From contig JBIOTN010000189.1 of NCBI GenBank assembly GCA_044866005.1, positions 1 through 36,149 on the forward strand: a stretch of 36,149 nt of DNA, in the 5' to 3' direction. Position numbers and translations under genes: made by a program. Positions 12,085 through 20,104 of the stretch are shown piece after piece (within the stretch, counting starts at the first letter, position 1; each line of letters opens with the position of its first letter). A model generated the notes under the pieces. That model was not told the DNA's origin. It did no database searches and saw only the letters and a list, made by a program, of their open reading frames with translations. Source of the DNA: Candidatus Rokuibacteriota bacterium (GTDB lineage Bacteria; Methylomirabilota; Methylomirabilia; Rokubacteriales; DASRDR01).

Positions 12085-13044
12085 GTGTTCAGCTTCGTCC
12101 TCCGGACCGCGTGGAAGAAGCTCTGGACGCTCTTCTTCGTCTCCATCATCTCGTTCGCGGTCATCCATCTCGCCCCCGGGGATCCCAGCCAGATCGACCC
12201 CATGAACCCCCGGTTCACGAAGGAGCAGCTGCAGCGCTACCGCGCGGCGTTCGACCTGGACAAGCCGCTGCCGGTCCAGTACTCGCGCTTCTACTGGCGG
12301 CTCTTCGGCGGCGAGCTGCGCTCGTTCAAGGACAACCAGCCGGTCATGCCGAAGATCCTGACGCGCGCGCTGAACAGCCTGCCCCTCTTCGTGGTCGACG
12401 CGATCATCGTGTGGTGCTTCGCCTTCCCGCTCGGCATCTCGGCGGCGGTGCGGCGGAACTCGCGGTTCGACAAGGTCACCACGGTCCTGGTCTTCGCGCT
12501 GATCTCGATTCCGGGCTTCTACCTCTCCTACCTGGCGATCATCGTCGTCGTCCGGAGCCTCCAGGTGGACGTGTTCGGCCTCCAGACGTTCGGGCGGGAG
12601 GGCATCGGCTGGGTCGGCTGGTTGATGGACCGGACCTGGCACCTGGTGCTCCCCTCGGTGCTCGGGGCCACGGCGGGGATCGCCGTGCTCTCGCGTTACG
12701 TGCGCTCGCAGATGCTCGAGGTGGTCGGCTCGGACTACGTGCGCACGGCCTGGGCGAAGGGCCTGCCCGACGACCAGGTCCTCTACGGGCACGCGCTGAG
12801 CAACGCCCTCCTGCCGTTCGTGACGATGTTCGGGCTCCTCCTGCCCGGGCTGATCGGTGGCAGCGTGATCTTCGAGACGATCTTCGCGTGGCCCGGGATC
12901 GGGCGCCTGGCCTACGAGGCGGTGCTCACCCGCGACTACCCCGTCGTCATCTCGCTCGGGTTCCTCGCCTCCGTGCTGACCCTGATCGGCACCCTGGTGT
13001 CCGACCTGCTCTACATGGTCGTGGATCCGCGCATCCGCCTCTGA
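12085..13044 (+). CDS. Peptide/nickel ABC transporter permease (OppB/DppB-like)
   Basis: LAPGDP, LDKPLPVQY, DYVRTAWAKGL (EAA loop), ETIFAWPGIG, RDYP, DPRIR. GTG start at 12085. Confidence 0.93.
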   Translation: MFSFVLRTAWKKLWTLFFVSIISFAVIHLAPGDPSQIDPMNPRFTKEQLQRYRAAFDLDKPLPVQYSRFYWRLFGGELRSFKDNQPVMPKILTRALNSLPLFVVDAIIVWCFAFPLGISAAVRRNSRFDKVTTVLVFALISIPGFYLSYLAIIVVVRSLQVDVFGLQTFGREGIGWVGWLMDRTWHLVLPSVLGATAGIAVLSRYVRSQMLEVVGSDYVRTAWAKGLPDDQVLYGHALSNALLPFVTMFGLLLPGLIGGSVIFETIFAWPGIGRLAYEAVLTRDYPVVISLGFLASVLTLIGTLVSDLLYMVVDPRIRL

Positions 13045-13048
13045 CGCC

Positions 13049-14194
13049 ATGGCCGCGGTGCTCGCCACCACCCCCGCCGAGGCGCAGGCCGCCGCCGCGC
13101 GGCGAAGTCTCTCGCCGGGCCGCCTCGCGTGGCGCGTCTTTCTGCGGGACCGCGCGGCCGTCGCCGGCATGGTCGTCGTGCTCGCGTTCTTCGGGACCGC
13201 GGTGGCCGGGCTCGCGCTCACCAAGGGGGCGGCGCCCGTGCTGGACCCCCGGGAGGTCCGGCTGCCGGACAAGCTCCTGCCCCCCTGGAGTCGCCCGCAC
13301 GCCGAGGTGGTCCCCGCCGCGAGCCAGCCGCGGCTCGGAGTCTACCTCTTGGGAACGGACGAGCTCGGCCGCGACGTCTTCGCGCGGATGCTGGAGGGCG
13401 CCTTCGTCTCGCTCGCGGTCGGGTTCGTCGCCGTCGGCATCGCGGTCGCGATCGGCTGCCTCCTCGGCGGCATCGCGGGCCACTACGGCCGGACCCGGGT
13501 GCCCGCCCCCGCGTGGCTCGTCGGCGGGGCGGGGCTCGCCGTGCTGGCGGCGGTCGGCGCCGCGCTCGGCCGGGGGGCCGGGCGCGCCGACGTCGCCCTC
13601 TGGGCGGCGCTGGGGATCCTGATGCTGGGGACCGGCCTCGCCGGGTTGCTCCTGCGCCGCCCGTTCGTGCTCACCGTGGACACGCTGATGGCGGGGCTGA
13701 TCGACCTGATGCTCTGCATTCCGACCTTCTTCCTCATCCTGATCGTCATCGCCGTCCTCCGCCCCTCGATCTGGAACATCATGTTCGTCATCGGCGTCAC
13801 GAGCTGGATGGGAACGGCGCGATTCGTCCGAGCGGAGATCCTCTCGCTGCGGGAGCAGGAGTTCGTCCAGGCGGCGACGGCGATGGGGACGTCCGGACCG
13901 CGGACGATCCGTCGGCACCTCCTGCCGAACGCGGTCGCCCCGGTGCTGGTGTCCGCGACGCTGGGGATCGCGGGCGCGATCCTCACGGAGTCCGCCCTGT
14001 CGTTCCTCGGCTTCGGGGTCCCGCCGCCGGACGCGACCTGGGGGAACATCCTCGCCGACGGGCGGAAGTACATCTTCGACGCGCCGTGGCTCACCTACAT
14101 CCCCGGCACGGGGATCTTCCTCCTCGTCCTGGCGTTCAACCTCTTCGGCGAAGGGCTGCGGGAGGCGTTCAACCCCAAGCTCCGCGAGCGCTGA
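13049..14194 (+). CDS. Peptide/nickel ABC transporter permease (OppC/DppC-like)
   Basis: LGTDELGRDVFAR, ARFVRAE..REQEFVQAA, HLLPN, ESALSFLGFG, WG, FNLFGEGLREAFNP. Confidence 0.93.
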   Translation: MAAVLATTPAEAQAAAARRSLSPGRLAWRVFLRDRAAVAGMVVVLAFFGTAVAGLALTKGAAPVLDPREVRLPDKLLPPWSRPHAEVVPAASQPRLGVYLLGTDELGRDVFARMLEGAFVSLAVGFVAVGIAVAIGCLLGGIAGHYGRTRVPAPAWLVGGAGLAVLAAVGAALGRGAGRADVALWAALGILMLGTGLAGLLLRRPFVLTVDTLMAGLIDLMLCIPTFFLILIVIAVLRPSIWNIMFVIGVTSWMGTARFVRAEILSLREQEFVQAATAMGTSGPRTIRRHLLPNAVAPVLVSATLGIAGAILTESALSFLGFGVPPPDATWGNILADGRKYIFDAPWLTYIPGTGIFLLVLAFNLFGEGLREAFNPKLRER

Positions 14195-14234
14195 GGCGCG
14201 CAGGGCCGAGCCGTCGCATCCCGGCGCCGCGCGC

Positions 14235-14264
14235 TTGACACGCGGCGCGGCCCCGCGGCATCAT
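14235..14264 (+). promoter_or_regulatory. Putative sigma70 promoter for tRNA-Leu
   Basis: Perfect TTGACA (14235-14240), 18-bp spacer, CATCAT (14259-14264), ending 9 bp before the tRNA. Confidence 0.6.
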
Positions 14265-14273
14265 ACGCTCTGC

Positions 14274-14358
<85 letters not shown>

Positions 14359-14436
14359 CCCTCGATCCTCCGGCCGCGGGCTCCCTGTTCGACGCGTCTC
14401 GTCCCGGCCGTTTCCGTTTCCCCCATGTCGCGGCTG

Positions 14437-14445
14437 TGGCATAAT
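14437..14445 (+). promoter_or_regulatory. Possible extended -10 promoter for the lipA-nuo-pdh run
   Basis: TGG-CATAAT, 27 bp upstream of the lipA ATG; the -35 is poor. Confidence 0.4.
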
Positions 14446-14472
14446 GAGCGAGGCCGCGACGTTTTCGCGTCG

Positions 14473-15408
14473 ATGAGACAGGCACTTCCGGTCATCCAGC
14501 CCGCGCCTCTGCCTGCGCCGCCCGCGTCCCAGGGGCGCAAGCCGCCCTGGCTCCGCGTCCGCGCGCCCGGCGGCCCGAACTACCTGCGGCTCAAGGCGCT
14601 CATGCGCGCGGAGAACCTCCACACCGTCTGCGAGGAGGCGCGCTGCCCGAACATCGGGGAGTGCTGGGAAGACCGCACCGCGACCTTCATGATCCTGGGC
14701 GACGTCTGCACGCGCCGCTGCGGCTTCTGCGCGGTCTCGCACGGCCGACCGGTCTGGGAAGACTGGGGCGAGCCCGATCGGGTGGGCCGGACGGTCGGGG
14801 TCATGGGGCTCGAGCACGTGGTCGTGACGAGCGTGAACCGTGACGACCTCGCCGACGGCGGCGCCGAGATCTTCGCGCGGACCATCCGGGCGATCCGGCG
14901 CGAGGCGCCGGCCTGCCGGGTCGAGGTGCTGATCCCGGACTTCCAGGGCTCGCCGGCCGCACTGGCGACCGTGCTGGACGCGCGGCCGGACGTCCTGAAC
15001 CACAACGTCGAGACCGTGCCGCGCCTCTACCGCGAGGTGCGCCCGGGCGCGCGTTACGACCGGAGCCTCTTGCTCTTCGCGCGCGCGCGTGAGCACCCGA
15101 CGCGGCCCGTCATCAAGTCCGGCATCATGCTCGGACTCGGCGAGACGACGGCGGAGCTGGAGGCGACGATGCGCGATCTCCGGACGGCCGGCGTCGAGCT
15201 CCTCACCCTCGGACAGTACCTGCGACCGTCGCCCGCGCACCTGCCCGTCAGCCGTTACGTGCCGCCGGAGGAGTTTCGGACGCTGGCTGGGATGGGAGAG
15301 GCCCTCGGCTTCCGCCACGTGGAGGCCGGACCGCTCGTCCGGTCTTCCTACCACGCGAAGAAGCAGGTCGACGTCGCGCGGCCGGCGGCGGCGGGCGTGG
15401 GGTCCTGA
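14473..15408 (+). CDS. lipA: Lipoyl synthase
   Basis: [12 protein letters not shown] (CX4CX5C), radical-[29 protein letters not shown]. Start at ATG 14473; the longer ORF overlaps the tRNA. Confidence 0.97.
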   Translation: MRQALPVIQPAPLPAPPASQGRKPPWLRVRAPGGPNYLRLKALMRAENLHTVCEEARCPNIGECWEDRTATFMILGDVCTRRCGFCAVSHGRPVWEDWGEPDRVGRTVGVMGLEHVVVTSVNRDDLADGGAEIFARTIRAIRREAPACRVEVLIPDFQGSPAALATVLDARPDVLNHNVETVPRLYREVRPGARYDRSLLLFARAREHPTRPVIKSGIMLGLGETTAELEATMRDLRTAGVELLTLGQYLRPSPAHLPVSRYVPPEEFRTLAGMGEALGFRHVEAGPLVRSSYHAKKQVDVARPAAAGVGS

Positions 15409-15413
15409 CGGTC

Positions 15414-15764
15414 GTGCAGTACGTCTCGATCCTCATGGTGTTCGCGATCTGCGCGGGCGTCGCCGGCCTGCTCGTGTGGCTGCCGAGCGTGCTCGGGCCC
15501 CGGCGGCTCAGCCCCGTGAAGCTCGAGTCGTTCGAGTGCGGGAAGGTCCCCATCGCGCTGCCGGAGGGCCACTTCGCCATCAAGTTCTCGACGACCGCGA
15601 TTTTCTTCATCATCTTCGACATCGAGCTGATGTTCGTCTTCCCGTGGACGGTGGTCTACCGGCAGCTCGGGGTCTTCGGCTTCGTCGAGATGCTCGTCTA
15701 CCTGGGGCTCCTCATGCTGGGGCTCCTGTACGTCTGGCGGAAGGGCGGGCTCGCGTGGGACTAG
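15414..15764 (+). CDS. nuoA: NADH-quinone oxidoreductase subunit A
   Basis: Three transmembrane segments, FECG loop, FIIFDIE, C-terminal KGGLAWD. Confidence 0.95.
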   Translation: MQYVSILMVFAICAGVAGLLVWLPSVLGPRRLSPVKLESFECGKVPIALPEGHFAIKFSTTAIFFIIFDIELMFVFPWTVVYRQLGVFGFVEMLVYLGLLMLGLLYVWRKGGLAWD

Positions 15765-15930
15765 TGTGGTGTCGATTCACGTCGCCTGGCGTCGTCCTCG
15801 GTCGTCAGCGGGCCTCAACGTATGCGGCATACGCCTCGGCCCGCCTCCTCCCTGCGTCCTGGCCATGCTCGTGACTCGACCCCACGCGCTCGGGCTGTCT
15901 CGGCGGCCGGGGGGGCTCGCGTGGGACTAG
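15747..15930. mobile_element. MITE-like palindromic insert flanked by an 18-bp direct repeat of the nuoA-stop/nuoB-start overlap
   Basis: Exact GGGCTCGCGTGGGACTAG at 15747-15764 and 15913-15930. Imperfect terminal inverted repeats 15764-15781 and 15870-15887 (15/18 match). Central nested hairpin GCGGGCC..CGTATGC-G-GCATACG..GGCCCGC. Confidence 0.65.
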
Positions 15931-16379
15931 GCCAGTTCTTCACCACCAAGCTCGACGCGGCGATCGGCTGGGCGCGGAAGTATTCCATCTTCCAGTACCC
16001 GTTCGTGACCGCCTGCTGTGGCATGGAGTACATGGCGACGGCGTGCTCGCACTACGACGTCGATCGGTTCGGCGCGGGCCTCCCCCGCTTCTCGCCGCGC
16101 CAGGCCGACGTGCTCTTCGTGGTCGGCACGATCAACCACAAGATGGCGCCGGTGCTCAAGCGAGTCTACGACCAGATGACCGAGCCGAAGTGGGTCGTGG
16201 CCTTCGGCGTCTGCACCTGCACGGGCGGCTTCTACGACAACTACGCGGTCGTGCAGGGCATCGATACCATCATTCCGGTCGACGTCTACATCCCGGGCTG
16301 TCCGCCGCGTCCCGAGAGCGTGCTGGACGGCCTGATGAAGCTACAGGAGAAGATCGCGGCCGGGCGGCAACGGTACTAG
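15921..16379 (+). CDS. nuoB: NADH-quinone oxidoreductase subunit B
   Basis: N2 cluster ligands ACCGME, FGVC, GCPP; SPRQAD. GTG start lies inside the second direct-repeat copy. Confidence 0.95.
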   Translation: MGLGQFFTTKLDAAIGWARKYSIFQYPFVTACCGMEYMATACSHYDVDRFGAGLPRFSPRQADVLFVVGTINHKMAPVLKRVYDQMTEPKWVVAFGVCTCTGGFYDNYAVVQGIDTIIPVDVYIPGCPPRPESVLDGLMKLQEKIAAGRQRY

Positions 16380-16407
16380 CCGGCGGCCCCGTTCCGATCG
16401 GCGTTTC

Positions 16408-16905
16408 ATGGACGGACAGGCCATCCTTGCGCGGCTCCGCGAGCGGTTCGGGCCCGCGGTCCTCGACTCCCACGACTACCGCGGCGATCATACCGCCGTC
16501 GTCGCCCGGGAGGCCGTCGGCGAACTGCTCCGCTTCTGCCGGGATGATGCCGCCCTCCGATTCGACATGCTGATGGACCTCACGGCCGCGGACTACCTGA
16601 AGTACCCCGATCGGGAGTCGGGCGCGCGCTTCGAGGTGGTCTACCACCTCTACTCGGTGCCGGCGAACCACCGGGTGCGGATCAGGGTGCCCGTGGAGGA
16701 GGACGACCCGGTCGTCCCCACGGCCGTGCCGCTGTGGGCGATCGCCAACTGGTACGAGCGGGAGGTGTGGGACATGTTCGGCATCCGGTTCGAGGGCCAT
16801 CCCGACCTCCGCCGGCTGCTCATGTACGAGGAGTTCGTCGGTCACCCGCTCCGGAAGGATTACCCGATGAACCGACGACAGCCGCTCATCGGCCCGAGGA
16901 ACTGA
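16408..16905 (+). CDS. nuoC: NADH-quinone oxidoreductase subunit C
   Basis: RFEVVYHLYS, ANWYEREVWDMFGIRFEGHPDLRRLL, GHPLRKDYP. Confidence 0.96.
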   Translation: MDGQAILARLRERFGPAVLDSHDYRGDHTAVVAREAVGELLRFCRDDAALRFDMLMDLTAADYLKYPDRESGARFEVVYHLYSVPANHRVRIRVPVEEDDPVVPTAVPLWAIANWYEREVWDMFGIRFEGHPDLRRLLMYEEFVGHPLRKDYPMNRRQPLIGPRN

Positions 16906-16916
16906 GGCCGACACGA

Positions 16917-18314
16917 ATGGCGGAGACCGGGACGAGCCCGACGCGCACGAGGCAGGAGATCTTCCTGGGGGAGGGGACGTTCCCCCGCGCCGAGGCGACC
17001 GAGAACCTCCTCGTGAACATCGGGCCGTCGCACCCGGCGATGCACGGCATCGTGCGGATCTTCGCCGAGCTGGACGGCGAGCAGGTCGTCAAGGCCGACG
17101 TGGAGATCGGCTACCTCCACCGCGGCTTCGAGAAGCACTGCGAGGCGGGGCCGTACAACAACGCGATGCCGTACACGGACCGGTTGAACTACGTCTCCCC
17201 GCTCATCAACAACTTCGGCTACGCGTCGGCCGTGGAGAAGCTCCTCGGGATCGAGGTGACGGAGCGCTGCCAGTACATCCGGGTCATCATGAGCGAGATC
17301 TCCCGGATCACGGACCACCTGACCTGCATCGGCGCGAGCGCGATGGAGCTCGGCGCGTTCACCGTCTTCCTCTACATGATCAAAGCGCGCGAGTACCTGT
17401 GGGAGGTCATCGAGCAGGTCACCGGCGCGCGGCTCACGATCTCGTACGGCCGGGTGGGGGGCGTGAAGGCGGATCTGTCGCCCGACTTCGAGCCCGCCAT
17501 GCGGAAGGCTTTCGCCGAGACCCGAGCCGTCCTCGACGAGGTCCACAAGCTCCTCACCGGGAACCGCATCTTCTTGGACCGGATGAAGGGGATCGGTGTC
17601 ATCACGCGGGACGAGGCGGTGAGCTACGCGATCACGGGGCCCCTCCTGCGCGCCTGCGGCGTCCCCTTCGACGTGCGGCGCGCCACGCCCTACTGGGTCT
17701 ACGACCGGCTGGACTTCGAGGTCCCGGTGGGTGAGGCGGGGGACAACTACGACCGCTACCTGGTCCGCATGGCGGAGATGGAGCAGTCCATGCGGATCAC
17801 CGAGCAGGCGCTCGGCCGGATGCCCGGCGGGCCCGTGAACGTGGACTTCGCGGGCCGTCCCTTCACCCCGCCCGCCGAGTTCGTCGACCGTGGGAAGCTC
17901 GGGAAGACCGACGGGCTCCTGCTCACGCCGCTTCGGCTGTCGCCGAACCTCCGGGGCGCCGAGGCGCCGCTCCACCGCGCCGTCAACGCGCCCGACAAGC
18001 GGGCGGTCCTGCCGCCGAAGGAGGCGACCTACGGCTCCATCGAAGGGCTGATGAACCACTTCATGCTGATCATGGACGGGTTCGGCATTCGACCGCCCAA
18101 GGGCGAGACCTACTTCGCGGTCGAGGGCGCCAACGGCGAGCTGGGCTTCTACGTGATCTCGGACGGCACCGACCGGCCCTACCGGGTGCGCTGCCGGCCG
18201 CCGTGCCTGCCGCCGATGGCGGCGCTCCACCGGATGCTGGAAGGGTCCATGGTGGCCGACATGGTGCCGACGTTCGGGTCGGTCAACATGATCGCCGGCG
18301 AACTGGAGCGATGA
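16917..18314 (+). CDS. nuoD: NADH-quinone oxidoreductase subunit D, with an internal insertion
   Basis: NIGPSHPAMHG, IGYLHRGFEK, DRLNY, GELGFY, terminal GELER. No NiFe-binding CxxC pairs. Confidence 0.95.
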   Translation: MAETGTSPTRTRQEIFLGEGTFPRAEATENLLVNIGPSHPAMHGIVRIFAELDGEQVVKADVEIGYLHRGFEKHCEAGPYNNAMPYTDRLNYVSPLINNFGYASAVEKLLGIEVTERCQYIRVIMSEISRITDHLTCIGASAMELGAFTVFLYMIKAREYLWEVIEQVTGARLTISYGRVGGVKADLSPDFEPAMRKAFAETRAVLDEVHKLLTGNRIFLDRMKGIGVITRDEAVSYAITGPLLRACGVPFDVRRATPYWVYDRLDFEVPVGEAGDNYDRYLVRMAEMEQSMRITEQALGRMPGGPVNVDFAGRPFTPPAEFVDRGKLGKTDGLLLTPLRLSPNLRGAEAPLHRAVNAPDKRAVLPPKEATYGSIEGLMNHFMLIMDGFGIRPPKGETYFAVEGANGELGFYVISDGTDRPYRVRCRPPCLPPMAALHRMLEGSMVADMVPTFGSVNMIAGELER

Positions 18315-18799
18315 CGGTCGACCCCGCGGGCGTCCGGTTCTCCGACGAGCAGCTCCGGCGCGTGGGCGAGCTCCAGGCCCTCTATCCCGAGCGTCGGGCC
18401 GCGCTCCTGCCCGTGCTCCGGATGGCCCAGGAGACGTTCGGCTACATCTCGCCCCAGGTGGAGGTCTACGTGGGCCGGCTCTTCGACCTCTCGCCCGCCC
18501 ACGTTCACGAGGTCGTCACGTTCTACACGCTCTTCTTCCAGAAGCCGATCGGGCGCCATGTCCTCTCCGTCTGCCACAACCTCTCCTGCTCGCTGCTGGG
18601 CGCCGAAGACCTCATCGCCCACCTGCAGGAGCGGCTCGGGATCGAGCCCGGCGACACCACCCCGGACGGGCGCGTCACGCTCCTGCGCGTGGAGTGCCTC
18701 TGCGCCTGCGAGATGGCCCCGATGATGCAGCTGGACGACGAGTACCTCGGTCCGCTCACCCGTGACCGGCTCGACGAGGTCCTCGAGGGCCTGGGCTGA
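18311..18799 (+). CDS. nuoE: NADH-quinone oxidoreductase subunit E
   Basis: VVTFYTLF, 2Fe-2S ligands CHNLSC and ECLCAC; ATGA overlap with nuoD. Confidence 0.95.
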   Translation: MTVDPAGVRFSDEQLRRVGELQALYPERRAALLPVLRMAQETFGYISPQVEVYVGRLFDLSPAHVHEVVTFYTLFFQKPIGRHVLSVCHNLSCSLLGAEDLIAHLQERLGIEPGDTTPDGRVTLLRVECLCACEMAPMMQLDDEYLGPLTRDRLDEVLEGLG

Positions 18800-20094
18800 T
18801 GGCCGAGCGCGTGCTCACGCGGAACTTCGAGCGCGCCGACGCGCACACGCTCGCCGGCTACCGCGCCGGCGGCGGCTACGAGGCCCTCCGGAAGGCGTTC
18901 GCCATGGGCGCCGACGCCATCACGGCCGAGGTGAAGAAGGCGAACCTCCGCGGGCTCGGCGGCGCCGGCTTCCCGACCGGCACGAAGTGGGGGTTCATCC
19001 CGCAGAAGCGCACGGCGCCCGTCTACCTCGTGGTCAACGCCGACGAGGGCGAGCCCGGGACGTTCAAGGACCGGTACCTGCTCGAGCGCGACCCGCACGC
19101 CCTCATCGAGGGGATGCTCGTCGCGGCCTACGCCATCGAGTGCGAGACCTCGTTCGTCTACATCCGGGGCGAGTACGTCCGGCCGTGGCGCATCTTCGCC
19201 GCGGCGGTGCGCGAGGCCGAGGCGGCGGGCCTGCTCGGGCGCAACATCCTCGGCTCGGGCTTCGACCACCGGATCGTCGTCCACCGCGGCGCGGGCGCCT
19301 ACATCTGCGGGGAGGAGATGGGGCTCATCTCCTCACTGGAGGGGAAGAAGGGATGGCCCAAGGTCAAGCCGCCCTTCCCCGCGGTGCGCGGCGCGTTCGG
19401 GGCCCCGACCATCGTGAACAACGTGGAGACGCTCTGCTGCCTGCCGCCCATCGTCACGCGCGGCGGCGACTGGTTCGCCGCGCTCGGGACGAAGAGCCAG
19501 GGCGGGACCCGCATGTATTCCGTCTCCGGTCACGTGAATCGCCCCGGAGTCTACGAGGCCTCCGTCGCGACGACGCTCCGCGCCCTGATCGAGGGGGAGG
19601 CGGGAGGAGTCCGCGGCGGCCGGGCGCTGAAGGCCGTCGTGCCGGGCGGCTCCTCGGCCGCCATCCTGAAGGCGGACGAGATCGACGTCACCATGGACGT
19701 CGACGGGCTCAAGAACGCGGGCACCATGGCCGGCTCGGCCGGCGTCATCGTGATGGACGAGACGACGTGCATCCCCGAGGCGCTCTGGGTCGTGGCCCGC
19801 TTCTATGCCCACGAGTCGTGCGGGCAGTGCACGCCGTGCCGCGAGTGTACGGGCTGGATCTACCGGATCTGCGGCCGGATCCTCGCCGGCAAGGGCGTCC
19901 CGGAGGATCCCGACACGATCGTGGACGTCGCCCGGCGGGGCATGGGGACGACGATCTGCGCCTTCTACGATGGCGCGATCGGGCCCTACATCTCGTACGT
20001 CGAGAAGTTCCGTGCCGAGTTCGACCACCACGTGCGGCACGGCGCCTGCGACGTCCGGCCCGCGCGGCCGCCCGTCGCGCTCCTGGAGCACTGA
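18799..20094 (+). CDS. nuoF: NADH-quinone oxidoreductase subunit F (FMN/NADH-binding)
   Basis: LRGLGGAGFPTGTKW, NADEGEPGTFKDR, GAGAYICGEE, NNVET, HESCGQCTPCRE...TIC. Confidence 0.96.
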   Translation: MAERVLTRNFERADAHTLAGYRAGGGYEALRKAFAMGADAITAEVKKANLRGLGGAGFPTGTKWGFIPQKRTAPVYLVVNADEGEPGTFKDRYLLERDPHALIEGMLVAAYAIECETSFVYIRGEYVRPWRIFAAAVREAEAAGLLGRNILGSGFDHRIVVHRGAGAYICGEEMGLISSLEGKKGWPKVKPPFPAVRGAFGAPTIVNNVETLCCLPPIVTRGGDWFAALGTKSQGGTRMYSVSGHVNRPGVYEASVATTLRALIEGEAGGVRGGRALKAVVPGGSSAAILKADEIDVTMDVDGLKNAGTMAGSAGVIVMDETTCIPEALWVVARFYAHESCGQCTPCRECTGWIYRICGRILAGKGVPEDPDTIVDVARRGMGTTICAFYDGAIGPYISYVEKFRAEFDHHVRHGACDVRPARPPVALLEH

Positions 20095-20104
20095 GGGTCC
20101 GGGC

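Noticed and set aside
15822..15920. N-terminal extension of NuoB in the ORF track
   Set aside because: It is translation of the inserted palindromic element; NuoB homology starts at GTG 15921.
15921..18314. NuoB/C/D as a group-4 NiFe hydrogenase, which could explain the odd operon
   Set aside because: The large subunit lacks both Ni-binding CxxC motifs and has the quinone-site HPAMHG and Tyr of complex I.
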